Shown: positions 1 through 8,829 of the stretch, in pieces
Position numbering within the stretch: the stretch's first letter is position 1
Layout of the letters: each line of letters opens with the position of its first letter
Source: a virus
Taxonomy: Duplodnaviria; Caudoviricetes
Virus record (IMG/VR): IMGVR_UViG_3300037484_001941
Location: 3,171 to 67,170 of that record
Reading direction: 5' to 3' (one strand)
Length of the DNA stretch: 64,000 bases
Made by a program: the position numbers and the translations under genes
The notes under the pieces: model-generated
What the model saw: the letters and a program-made list of their open reading frames with translations, nothing else
What the model was told of the DNA's origin: nothing
Database searches by the model: none

Positions 1-59
1 CACTCCTGGGAAGCCCTGGCTTTAGCCTCCCCCCATAGAACTTTTATGTTGCTATCCAT
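1..59 (-). CDS. 5' part of a hypothetical protein running off the left edge
   Basis: Minus-strand ATG at 59-57 preceded by AGGAGA; reads MDSNIKVLWGEAKARASQE with no stop before position 1. Confidence 0.5.
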   Translation of the reverse strand, partial: MDSNIKVLWGEAKARASQE

Positions 60-60
60 T

Positions 61-285
61 TCATTCTCCTAGTTCTTTCTCGCGGGCCTCGACCATGTCT
101 CGTAAATACTCCAGTTGCTGAAGTTTTCCACTGGCTACCCCGTAAAGAAATGCGTCCAAAGGAGGAAGCTTAGGTATATTTGCTAAGTGGTCCTCGTAGA
201 CTTCCTCGTAGTCTAAAACGTTAACTCTTGCCTTCTCTATTAACTCCTCTAAGAAGATTAAATACTTCTCGCTATCAATTACCAC
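61..285 (-). CDS. hypothetical protein (74 aa)
   Basis: Fills the gap between neighbours in the leftward operon; helical, protein-like composition. Confidence 0.55.
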   Translation of the reverse strand: MVIDSEKYLIFLEELIEKARVNVLDYEEVYEDHLANIPKLPPLDAFLYGVASGKLQQLEYLRDMVEAREKELGE

Positions 286-1027
286 TGTACCACTTCCTTT
301 CTAATTTTGGAACTTTTAAACTACTTAGTTTTTCTATCAGTTTTTTTGCTCTCTGGCCCGTTACCTGATAAACACAAATATTACCTCTCGGTCTTACAGA
401 AGAATTATATCTCTCGGATGGTGGTGCCCAGACGTCAAAATACGCTTTTACAAAGGAAAGAACTTCAAAAGTTCCCGCCACACTCAAATGCGGCCTATTT
501 TTATAATAGCCTATTGATCCGTCGCCATCTATGTATCCTACTATGTAGGCCATAACCATCTTTTCCGAGGCAAAAGATGGAGGTCTTAAGTTTAAAGTTT
601 TGTTTGGAAATATATTGAAAGTCTTTTTAAGGCACTCGGTAATTGCCAAGGAAGTTATGGTCATCCTAGCAGTAGGTCCGCCTTTACCATAATTCACTCC
701 TTCCCTTACAGGCCCTGTAAATTCTATATCTTTTTTAAGTCTTTCTAAGTGTGCCTTATCTTTTATGGAGAGATTTATTTGTAAGGTATTTTTATAGACA
801 CAACCATCCGCGGCTATAAATCCAGCCCAATAAGACGACAAAGGGTTTATTTCAAGAAAGAAATCCGAGTTGCAGCTATGTATAACTGCACTCTCTGACA
901 GACCAAGCCTCCTAGCTTTGGAGACGATAGCTTTTGCTTTTCTCCGCAGTCCGCGACAGAGCTTCTTCAAGCTTTCTCTGTGGTAGTTTTTTACCAAGTA
1001 GTCTGTTCCCTTCTTAGTCCATCTCAT
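275..1027 (-). mobile_element. free-standing double-motif LAGLIDADG homing endonuclease
   Basis: Two motifs, YWAGFIAADGCV and YIVGYIDGDGSI, plus an N-terminal WT...ARRLGL helical repeat. Both flanking genes are complete. Confidence 0.88.
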
Positions 1028-1030
1028 AAT

Positions 1031-1555
1031 TTATTTCCCACAACACCGCTTGTACTTTAGCTTTGAGCCACATGGGCACAAGTCATTTCTGCCGATTTTC
1101 TTGTAATCAATGAGTAATATACCGTTTAGGTGGTCTAATTCGTGTTGGATTATCCTGGATAGATCAAAGTTGTCGATGATAAGCGGCTGGCTATAATTGT
1201 CAGCCGCTACCACCACTGTTTCCCATCTCATTACCGTAGTTTGTAAGTCACTGCAGGACAAACACCCCTCAGTTGAACCCCGTCTCGTCTCGGAGTGTTC
1301 CGCTATCCTCGGACCTATCAGGTCCAGGCGGTAATCCCCAAAACGTATAATACAGGCCCTTTCGGTTTGCCCAATTTGATTCGCACTCAGACCCACCCCT
1401 AGGTATTCTTGCTCTAGGGGGTCCAGCAGTGCCATTTCTAATTTTATCAATGTACTTTCGGCGTCCGAGATTGAGGTACATTTATGTCTCAGAATCGGGT
1501 CCGGATGTACTATTATCTTTGGCCTCTCCTCCTGATACCTTTTCATCTCCTCCAT
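1031..1555 (-). CDS. def: peptide deformylase with C-terminal SEC-C motif
   Basis: Three PDF motifs (GVGLSANQIG, EGCLS, QHELDHLNG), N-terminal HPDPILR and C-terminal GRNDLCPCGSKLKYKRCC. Start uncertain: ATG 1555 or 1546 preferred over the track's 1642. Confidence 0.92.
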   Translation of the reverse strand: MEEMKRYQEERPKIIVHPDPILRHKCTSISDAESTLIKLEMALLDPLEQEYLGVGLSANQIGQTERACIIRFGDYRLDLIGPRIAEHSETRRGSTEGCLSCSDLQTTVMRWETVVVAADNYSQPLIIDNFDLSRIIQHELDHLNGILLIDYKKIGRNDLCPCGSKLKYKRCCGK

Positions 1556-1760
1556 GGCTTTCTCTAGCTGCGACAATTGCTCTAACTCTTGCCATAAAGG
1601 CGTCCTCTCCCTCGTCTCTGATAAGTTGCTCATACGCCTCACACTCCTTTAGGATGTCCTCTCCTGTAGCGAACCTTTTCTTTAGCTCCTTGCGTACCCG
1701 GTTTTCTGTTCCGGCTATTCCTAAAGCCCTAGAGATCAGTTCAGTAGTTCTCTTGCTCAT
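1482..1760 (-). CDS. hypothetical protein (92 aa)
   Basis: ATG overlaps the stop of the caspase-like gene (TAATG); the 3' end overlaps def. Confidence 0.6.
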   Translation of the reverse strand: MSKRTTELISRALGIAGTENRVRKELKKRFATGEDILKECEAYEQLIRDEGEDAFMARVRAIVAARESHGGDEKVSGGEAKDNSTSGPDSET

Positions 1761-2611
1761 TACTTCTTTGTTCCTCCCAGGAATAGAGTACTCATATAAG
1801 CCTCTTTTCCTTCGAGCTGTGGATCCTGCTCGTACTCTTCTCTGTCTAATTTCTCGTTTACTTTGATAATTAGATCAGCATAAGAGATATTCCAGTTAGC
1901 TTCCTTTAAGGTCTGCGCCAAATAAAATGTCAGCGCACCATGGTATCTACCACCTATATAAGCATCGGCACTGGTCTGCTTGTCAGAGCACCCAGAGATC
2001 AAGATTGCATCACCTTGGTCAGTACTATTAACAATGAACTTGTGCTTTACTATGCTTTTTCCATCCCTTGTTTTGTGTTTTGAAGACATCATACACAAAT
2101 CTTCGTCTAGGTTGATGTCTCCGGTAAGGGTAGTGTGTAAAGGCGGTGGTATATACCTGTTCTTTACTTTAGGTGGAAGCGGGTTACGTAGAAGAGTACC
2201 GCTGAAGCAGCAGTCTGCTATGAACAAAACCCTGACCCCCTTAGATAAATTGGTTATAAACTGATTCAGGTCATCGTCCCGAAGAGGTTCGTCCCAATTA
2301 AAATCGTAACATACCAGGCATTCATCCAAGCCATCTATTTCAAAACCAGCGGTCTCTGTTGTGACCGGAACCTGGGTTCCATGGCCACTATAGTGTATGA
2401 CTAACTCGTCGCCTTTCTTAGCTCCCATACATAACCACTGCAGGCCTCTGATAGCTTTCTTCTTAGTGGCTTCCCGGTCGTCCAAAACCCTAAAGTCTGT
2501 ATAGTCATACTTGTCTTTTAAAATCTTGTACATCAAACGGACGTCATTTAGACACCCATTTAGCGGAGAATCCGGGTAGGCATTTATGCCTATCATCAAT
2601 ACTTTTTTCAT
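1760..2611 (-). CDS. metacaspase-like cysteine protease (peptidase C14)
   Basis: N-terminal IGINAY...LNGCLNDV, catalytic His in YSGHG, catalytic Cys in IADCCFSG, p10-like C-terminus ILISGCSDKQTSAD...HGALTFYL...QDPQL. Confidence 0.9.
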   Translation of the reverse strand: MKKVLMIGINAYPDSPLNGCLNDVRLMYKILKDKYDYTDFRVLDDREATKKKAIRGLQWLCMGAKKGDELVIHYSGHGTQVPVTTETAGFEIDGLDECLVCYDFNWDEPLRDDDLNQFITNLSKGVRVLFIADCCFSGTLLRNPLPPKVKNRYIPPPLHTTLTGDINLDEDLCMMSSKHKTRDGKSIVKHKFIVNSTDQGDAILISGCSDKQTSADAYIGGRYHGALTFYLAQTLKEANWNISYADLIIKVNEKLDREEYEQDPQLEGKEAYMSTLFLGGTKK

Positions 2612-2646
2612 AATAAAAACTCCGTAAACTTAGAAAGATCAGAGAG

Positions 2647-3006
2647 TTATGTTCTGCTGATGGTGTCAGAGTGGCTCTTGGTGTATCCTGAGTTGTCACA
2701 CCAGACGATGCCTCTGTCCCACCATGGTTTGATCCACGGTTGTGGACAAGGGTAAGGGACTGGTTTCTCAATATAGATAGGATAGCTGTGGGTCTGTATT
2801 TGAATTTCTTTTTCAATTACAACCTCCGGGCCTTTCCTAACAAACTCTCTGTTGAAGTCTTCATCCTTCATATAGTATTGTTCTCTCCCATCTACTAGAA
2901 TCCACTCACCAGTGTCAGCGATCCTATTTCCTTCACTGTCATAGACAGGCCTTATAAGCCTGACTGCCTCTACTTCTACGGGCAGTCTTCGTTCAAATCT
3001 ACTCAT
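2647..3006 (-). CDS. conserved phage hypothetical protein
   Basis: VEAVR...GEWILVDGREQYYMKDEDFNREF pattern resembles a common small phage beta-rich family. Confidence 0.65.
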   Translation of the reverse strand: MSRFERRLPVEVEAVRLIRPVYDSEGNRIADTGEWILVDGREQYYMKDEDFNREFVRKGPEVVIEKEIQIQTHSYPIYIEKPVPYPCPQPWIKPWWDRGIVWCDNSGYTKSHSDTISRT

Positions 3007-3290
3007 ACGCTTCCTCCGAGTATTTTAAACAAGATTGGATAGACTGTAAATTCAGCTATCGGAAGCCCTCCCACTATTGCCAAGTGTGGTAAGCCAACGC
3101 TCACTAGGACACTTGGGATAACAAAATGTTCAATGACTTCTATCACTATAATTACTCCAGCTATTTTCCAACCATGTTTTAGCGCTACCTTTTTAACATG
3201 TTGATAGTTCTTTTTTATGCTGAAACTATCTTTGACAAGACGCAATGCTCTTGTCCACCGACTAGGGCCGGGGTCATCGGATGACTCCAT
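3003..3290 (-). CDS. putative membrane protein
   Basis: AGGAGG before the ATG; two hydrophobic segments. Confidence 0.65.
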   Translation of the reverse strand: MESSDDPGPSRWTRALRLVKDSFSIKKNYQHVKKVALKHGWKIAGVIIVIEVIEHFVIPSVLVSVGLPHLAIVGGLPIAEFTVYPILFKILGGSV

Positions 3291-3538
3291 GTATCCTCCT
3301 ATAATTAGGGTATTTGCAGCTTGAAGCAGCTGCTTTTCTGAATAAAAATGGCATGTGTAAGCCTAGAATCAAAAGTTTCCTCTTGTCCCCCTCCTTGCGG
3401 AGAGGGCTCATGTCGGTAGCGAAAAGTTCCGAAAGCCTGCATGGCCCTCGGTGTGTGCACCTGTTGCGACCTTTGTCCTCATCCTCAGGCGCTGTTATTT
3501 ATAGTCGCCCCACCCATATACATATTCCACGAGGCTAG

Positions 3539-3739
3539 TTATTTTTGGAAAAATTCTATCTCTCTGTCAATATTGAGGATACATCTCTCAGCTAATCTCT
3601 TCAATCTGCCTCTTCGATCTCCTAGGCGGTTGAGTTCCACTACGTCTCCTGTGGCTACGTCCAGGGCGAAGCTTACCTGGTCTTGTTCCATTGCTATTGC
3701 TATCATTAGACTTCTTATCTGGCTCTCCAGGCTCTTCAT
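3539..3739 (-). CDS. hypothetical protein (66 aa)
   Basis: GGAGGT five nt before the ATG at 3739; mostly overlaps the 3' end of the methyltransferase ORF. Confidence 0.55.
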   Translation of the reverse strand: MKSLESQIRSLMIAIAMEQDQVSFALDVATGDVVELNRLGDRRGRLKRLAERCILNIDREIEFFQK

Positions 3740-4313
3740 ACAATACCTCCGTGGCTTGGAATATAGAACAAACCCTAACAACGCGGTTTGTTCCAGTGAA
3801 TAGCCCTATGGTACCTAACAGCTCCCAATCTAGTTTTCGAAAGATAGGAACTTTGGTATCCATCCACACGAGTATGCCGCCGGGCTTTGTAACCCTACGA
3901 ATAGACCTTAAAACTAATCTCATATTAGGCAATTTATACCCGTATTTCCGGGCATCTTCTTTTGTGTAAGGCGGGTCAGCGTACACTATCCCGAATGTAC
4001 CAACCTTGAAAGGCAATGCTTGCACGTTGCAGCAAACGTCGGGCCGGAGTTTGGGGTTAATGTCAATCTTTATTTCTCCCTCCGCCGGTGGGACAGTCCC
4101 GCCGAACACGTGGAGTACTGGAGACTGCTCTGGGAACAGAGCTCGCATTCGTCTCAAATACGAAGGGGGATACTCCCCGTGATAACCTTTTACTCTCTTG
4201 TATAAATTACCAAAATACCACCATCCATATACCTTACCATCTGACTCCATCAAACACTTAGGGTATTTCTTAAAAACTCTGTGATAATTGTCTATATCAA
4301 ACGGTAGAGTCAT
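3588..4313 (-). CDS. putative amino (N6-A/N4-C) methyltransferase
   Basis: Catalytic ADPPY motif preceded by a Rossmann-like VLHVFGG...IDINP...DV...ALPF segment; ATG 4313 overlaps the upstream TAA. Substrate unknown. Confidence 0.72.
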   Translation of the reverse strand: MTLPFDIDNYHRVFKKYPKCLMESDGKVYGWWYFGNLYKRVKGYHGEYPPSYLRRMRALFPEQSPVLHVFGGTVPPAEGEIKIDINPKLRPDVCCNVQALPFKVGTFGIVYADPPYTKEDARKYGYKLPNMRLVLRSIRRVTKPGGILVWMDTKVPIFRKLDWELLGTIGLFTGTNRVVRVCSIFQATEVLYEEPGEPDKKSNDSNSNGTRPGKLRPGRSHRRRSGTQPPRRSKRQIEEIS

Positions 4314-4543
4314 TAAGCCCTCGGGATGGTCCACACACCGCTTGGGTTTATTTCAAATAATTCTGGATAGCCCCTATACGGGATTACCGAAGCTATTCCA
4401 CACTCAGGACAAAACAAACGCCAGGCTAGAGGAATCCTCATATACCTACATTCAATTGCTGATGCCTCAGCGGTACTAGTTAAATGTCCGCAACTAGGAC
4501 ACACCACCCGCTCTGTCATTTTGTCGTCTATAACCAGATCCAT
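4313..4543 (-). CDS. small zinc-ribbon protein
   Basis: CPSCG and CPECG pairs; AGGAG before the ATG. Confidence 0.65.
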   Translation of the reverse strand: MDLVIDDKMTERVVCPSCGHLTSTAEASAIECRYMRIPLAWRLFCPECGIASVIPYRGYPELFEINPSGVWTIPRA

Positions 4544-5420
4544 GTCTACTCTCCTTAATAACCTTTACCCATTCTTCGTGATCTGTAAAGAATCCCGCGG
4601 CTCCGTCGTGGCCGCCGCCTCCCCAGCGAGTGGCGATCTTTCCTAAACTCGGATAGTTGACCCCATCTCTACGGTACATCCCTACCGTGACCTTGTCCTC
4701 TCTAACCATGAAAACTATAGCAAACAAGGTGTCCGGATGGGCTTCCCGGAGCCTCTTGTGGAGCTCGCCTGACAGAGTACCAGTGCCGTTTAGGAACACA
4801 ACTCGGTGTCCCTCAAACATCCCTTCCCAAGCGTAGGAGGAGTTATATTCGTCTATGACATGTCTGATGTAGTCAAGCATTGGGCGGGCCTTGGCCAGAT
4901 AAGCTGCAGTGTAATTGTCGTCTTTGAGCAATTCCTGCCACCGCTTGTAGTCTTTCATGAACATACGGGTAGCCTCATGGAACACTGCTGTGTCCTCACC
5001 AAACTCCCAATTCCAGACATCGCGGTCGTTCACGAGTTTTAGGACCTCAGGGATAGCTCCATTGTAGCCAAAGAAGTACTCCCAACATAGGAGACAGCCT
5101 GCCTTACCTACCTCTCTTATCCCGCTGAATAGCTTACCACGGCTGTTTTCAATCTTGGCCAGCTCTTCCATAGCTGTTTTGTGGTGGTCTATCCAGAAGA
5201 TCTTGTCAAAGTATTTGTCCATCATACCTATGGGGAGCCGATAGTCTAACACGTAAACAGTGTCGGCCCACGCCACAGCTGCTTCATCTTCTACCCCATC
5301 ATAGTTTCCTACTCTGAATTGTATCTCTGCATAGGGGCGGCTCTGTAAAAACAAATCCGCAATTGCTGCGGATAGGTAACCATCATTATCGTTATGATGA
5401 TAAATCAGTATTTTACTCAT
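4494..5420 (-). CDS. DHH/DHHA1 family phosphoesterase
   Basis: HNDNDG, VLDY, IDHHKT and GGGGHDGAAGF motifs. Confidence 0.88.
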   Translation of the reverse strand: MSKILIYHHNDNDGYLSAAIADLFLQSRPYAEIQFRVGNYDGVEDEAAVAWADTVYVLDYRLPIGMMDKYFDKIFWIDHHKTAMEELAKIENSRGKLFSGIREVGKAGCLLCWEYFFGYNGAIPEVLKLVNDRDVWNWEFGEDTAVFHEATRMFMKDYKRWQELLKDDNYTAAYLAKARPMLDYIRHVIDEYNSSYAWEGMFEGHRVVFLNGTGTLSGELHKRLREAHPDTLFAIVFMVREDKVTVGMYRRDGVNYPSLGKIATRWGGGGHDGAAGFFTDHEEWVKVIKESRHGSGYRRQNDRAGGVS

Positions 5421-5963
5421 AAATTATTCCTTTCCAACTAGATTATGCTATGCTCATTAAGTGTACCAAGGGAACATTTTTGTTCCCCAGCAAGTCAAAT
5501 ATGCTAAGGGATCAAAAAATATTAGGTTTTTTCCCTTGCAATTTCAGTATGGTTATTGAAATTATTAAGAAACTTTTTTCATTCATTATAACAGGTAGAT
5601 ACTTTTATCTAGCCAAAATGATTGTTAAAGAAATTTTGCCATTAATAATATCAGCAAGTTACTTGTTAACACCCTGGTTTTATGGGATAAAAAATTTATG
5701 AATCATTTCGGTTTCGTGGACCCATCTGCCTGTTACCACTAAATTTTAGTGAGATGGATTTGTGTACTATATTAAGAGTATAGGCAAAAATTTGAAAAAG
5801 GTATATATATAGAGATTATTAAGAATTTAGATTAAGATCTTTGAGGGGGCTTTAGTCAATCCCGAAGAAAGACTGTCCTCCTGATCTTCTAAAACTTAAT
5901 GGAGGACTGGGTTTCTTCCCTTTCTTCAATTAACTGTCCTGTATAAATATGTGGAGGAACTAA
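5421..5963. promoter_or_regulatory. AT-rich divergent intergenic control region with inverted repeats
   Basis: Only strand switch in the window. Inverted repeats GGGAACA-tttt-TGTTCCC (5470-5487) and CACTAAA-t-TTTAGTG (5737-5751). Confidence 0.55.
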
Positions 5964-6449
5964 ATGACAAGGCATCATCACATTGATTCAGTCGAAGAGT
6001 ATCTCTATCTTAAATCTAAGGTAGTAAAGATCTTCGCAAAACAGAGTGCTGACACCCCAACGAAAACTCAGCGGGCCAGGAGACAGGCTAGGAAATTTAT
6101 AACCCGAATGAAAGAGATTGAAACCTATCACTCAAAAATGGGCTGGCCACACCCTGAAGCACACTCTAAACCAAGAGAAGGCCTGCAGCGAGAACTTGAT
6201 TCCTTAAAGCAACCAGTAGTGGGTAAGGCTGCCCTAACTAACCCGGACGGATCACTATACCAAAAAGACGGCATAGTTCAACCCGGCGACGGTTTTCTAA
6301 TTTCTTCCAAAGGTATAGTCAATCCGGACGGAACTCCCTTCGAGACGCCGGTGTTACCTGGCGCAGTAATGGATACTAAGCTACACTCCGAAGACAAGAT
6401 CAAAGAGTATCTAGCTAAAAGTGACGACAGCTTTCTAAGAGAGGAATAA
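5964..6449 (+). CDS. hypothetical protein
   Basis: GGAGGA SD before the ATG; first gene of the rightward arm. Confidence 0.7.
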   Translation: MTRHHHIDSVEEYLYLKSKVVKIFAKQSADTPTKTQRARRQARKFITRMKEIETYHSKMGWPHPEAHSKPREGLQRELDSLKQPVVGKAALTNPDGSLYQKDGIVQPGDGFLISSKGIVNPDGTPFETPVLPGAVMDTKLHSEDKIKEYLAKSDDSFLREE

Positions 6450-7331
6450 ATGCTGCTACTCTTCTGGAAATCCCTAGGGTTTATCGCCGGAACTCCCATC
6501 AGCCTAAAATGGTATCACAGCCCAGGTTACCCGCCGCGCTGTATTATAGCGGGAACAGACGGGACCTCCGTGGCCAACCCTTTTCTGCGAGAGACAGCAA
6601 CAACTAATGAATGTTCTTTTGCTGCCTTTGGGCACCAGTGCAACAGCGCAGATGTTTACGGGGGCGACCTCATAATGGGAACAGAAGACGCAGGGCTGTA
6701 TAAATTACCCTGGTCCAGCGTAACACAGGAGACCTGTAATGTTCTAGCTCCTAGGAATTTGTCATCCTTGGCAGAAACTTTTGTAGATTTTAACGGTCTA
6801 TTATCAGGTAGAGTCATTTCTGTAGAGGCAAACGATGATTACTTGGGAGTCGTCACAGACACTGGCTTCTGCTATGGCAAAGCCGGAAATGCGGATTTTA
6901 CTACTTACAGCACGACCTCTGGGAAGGACTGTTTTGTATGCCAGAATGGCACAGCTTATTTGGCTGAAGGGGACAGAGTCCTTGCAAAGAACTCCCCAAC
7001 TGACTTCATAACTTGGGAGACAGAGTATAACTTAGGTAGAGATATTAATGACATATGGGTAGTAGAGCGTGATGGTATCGACACAGTCTTCATTGCCACT
7101 GTTTCAGGGCTTGCGGTTCTTGAACAAGGACAGGAATTCTACTACGGTGACAAAGACTACAGTCAGATTAAGGCAGAGGCAGGGTCTTCTTTCGACCGCG
7201 GCCATGTATTTGCAGTCAGCTCTGGGACTGTGGATGTCATCAACCTACAACACCAGCAGCTAGAAAACACTGTAACCTACAGTGGTTTAGCAATTCTAGC
7301 ATATGAAAACAAACGAATATACAGTAAGTAA
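6450..7331 (+). CDS. hypothetical beta-rich protein, possibly propeller-like or virion-associated
   Basis: 293 aa, abuts the upstream stop; repeated short strand-turn-strand patterns. Confidence 0.6.
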   Translation: MLLLFWKSLGFIAGTPISLKWYHSPGYPPRCIIAGTDGTSVANPFLRETATTNECSFAAFGHQCNSADVYGGDLIMGTEDAGLYKLPWSSVTQETCNVLAPRNLSSLAETFVDFNGLLSGRVISVEANDDYLGVVTDTGFCYGKAGNADFTTYSTTSGKDCFVCQNGTAYLAEGDRVLAKNSPTDFITWETEYNLGRDINDIWVVERDGIDTVFIATVSGLAVLEQGQEFYYGDKDYSQIKAEAGSSFDRGHVFAVSSGTVDVINLQHQQLENTVTYSGLAILAYENKRIYSK

Positions 7332-7337
7332 GACGAC

Positions 7338-7349
7338 AATTAACTAACC
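7338..7349 (+). promoter_or_regulatory. copy of the conserved intergenic 12-mer (AATTAACTAACC)
   Basis: Near-identical copies at 27169, 43418, 46272 and 54605, all intergenic on the + strand. Confidence 0.6.
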
Positions 7350-7369
7350 AGGTGAAAGGAGTAGATGAT

Positions 7370-7690
7370 ATGGGAGATTTTCCATTGGGTATAGACCCCA
7401 AGCCCATAAACGGGAGGGTCTTAATTCGTATGTTAGGCAATGCAAGGCAAACGTCAGGGGGATTACATATCCCGGACACCGCTCACGAATACCCTGTTCA
7501 AGGGATTGTAGAGGAGATTAGTCCTGGATGGTATGAGGAAGGACTGTTTAGGCACCACCAGGTAGCGATTGGAGACACAGTTATCTTTAACTGGAAAGAA
7601 GGATTTGACTTGCAATTGGGCGAAATTGAGTTTAGACTTGTCCATGAGAAACAAATTCTAGCGATTTTGAGAGGAGTAAACTATGGCTAA
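7370..7690 (+). CDS. groES: co-chaperonin GroES-like protein
   Basis: PINGRVLI...TSGGLHIP...QGIV...PG...VAIGDTVIF...EKQILA pattern; ATG 7370 after AAGGAG. Confidence 0.9.
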   Translation: MGDFPLGIDPKPINGRVLIRMLGNARQTSGGLHIPDTAHEYPVQGIVEEISPGWYEEGLFRHHQVAIGDTVIFNWKEGFDLQLGEIEFRLVHEKQILAILRGVNYG

Positions 7691-7970
7691 TAAACCTAAT
7701 CAAGGTAAAGCAGGGATCTTTAGGCCTTGGGACGGAACACTAACCGGCCCAGCCGCAGGTGATCCAACGCCTATGCCTAATAGGAACCAGACTTGGAGCT
7801 CTGTTCAGAAGAAACAGACCCCAAAGACTTTCACTGTTGAAGAGGTGAAGGAGATTGTGGCTGAAGTTGTGGCGGCCACCAAAGAGGGTAAAGAGTTGCC
7901 AGACTTTGAAAAAGCCGCAGCTGCAAAAGAAGAACTACCACAAGAGGAGTTCGTTATCGGAGGTAAATAG
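7683..7970 (+). CDS. hypothetical protein
   Basis: Overlaps the groES stop; AGGAG SD. Confidence 0.65.
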   Translation: MANKPNQGKAGIFRPWDGTLTGPAAGDPTPMPNRNQTWSSVQKKQTPKTFTVEEVKEIVAEVVAATKEGKELPDFEKAAAAKEELPQEEFVIGGK

Positions 7971-7973
7971 AGC

Positions 7974-8498
7974 ATGTCTTGCCTAAATCACTCATGCCTG
8001 CTCTTGTCTTGGGATTACACTGCTTTGAGGGTTATACCTGTAAAGCAGGCTTTCAAACTAATCTTTTCTGACAAAGCCGAGATAGTTAGGGCGTTCACAG
8101 ACAGAGTGGTGAAAACTGTTAATAGGGCCTTTAATGTTCCAGCAGTTATCAGATTGCTGGGAAAATTCAAACTAAAATTCAACGTAAGACTCACACGGAA
8201 GAATATCCTGATCAGGGATAAGTTTCGTTGTAAGTATTGCGGGAAGGAAGGAACGGCTAGCACTTTAACCCTAGACCATATTATACCGAGGTCTAGAGGG
8301 GGAAAGTTTACCTGGCAGAACATAGTATCATCTTGTTTGGAATGTAATGCTAAGAAAGGCGACAGAACACCAGAGGAAGCAGGGATGAAGATTATAGGTG
8401 CAGCTCCAGACAGGCTAGATATGTACGCGTACATAAAGTGCCTGTTAAGTACTCGATTAAACGGGATTCCTGAATGGGAAGCTTTCGTATCACCTTAG
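7974..8498 (+). CDS. HNH endonuclease (McrA-like, Zn-binding)
   Basis: RDKFRCKYCG...TLDHIIPRSRGG...NIVSSCLECNAKKG. Confidence 0.9.
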   Translation: MSCLNHSCLLLSWDYTALRVIPVKQAFKLIFSDKAEIVRAFTDRVVKTVNRAFNVPAVIRLLGKFKLKFNVRLTRKNILIRDKFRCKYCGKEGTASTLTLDHIIPRSRGGKFTWQNIVSSCLECNAKKGDRTPEEAGMKIIGAAPDRLDMYAYIKCLLSTRLNGIPEWEAFVSP

Positions 8499-8535
8499 AT
8501 TATAACAGGCCCGGAGGGGCTAGAGGAGTTAGGAA

Positions 8536-8829
8536 ATGAAGTTTGATTATTTGATAGAGGATGCGGTCGCTACATACGGCGGCCAAAAGGTAAACAAAAG
8601 GACTGCAGAGGAACTCATTCGTGGTGTTTTTGATAACATCAAGTTGGCTTTGACTCAAGGAGAGGGGATTAGTGTCCGAGGGTTCGGGTCATTTAAGCCA
8701 GTCGAAAAGAAAGGCCGGATTTACATTGAGCCACGTAATCAGAAGCCTGTAAAGAAGGGTCCATCTATTTACCCAAAATTCACACCTTCAGGGAAACTTA
8801 AGGCTAGACTGAACGGGAAGGATGCATAA
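8536..8829 (+). CDS. HU/IHF-like DNA-binding protein
   Basis: ISVRGFGSFK...RNQKP...YPKFTPSGKLK pattern; 97 aa. Confidence 0.88.
   Translation: MKFDYLIEDAVATYGGQKVNKRTAEELIRGVFDNIKLALTQGEGISVRGFGSFKPVEKKGRIYIEPRNQKPVKKGPSIYPKFTPSGKLKARLNGKDA

Noticed and set aside
275-1027. LAGLIDADG gene as part of a group I intron or intein
   Set aside because: Both neighbours are complete, the gaps are only a few nt or overlapping, and there is no room for intron core structure.
3455-3495. Hammerhead ribozyme (minus-strand CTGAGGA followed by a small stem)
   Set aside because: The required GAAA after stem II is absent (GCAAC instead).
5450-5701. 83-aa ORF in the AT-rich divergent region
   Set aside because: Composition reflects AT-rich non-coding DNA, with no SD and no motifs.
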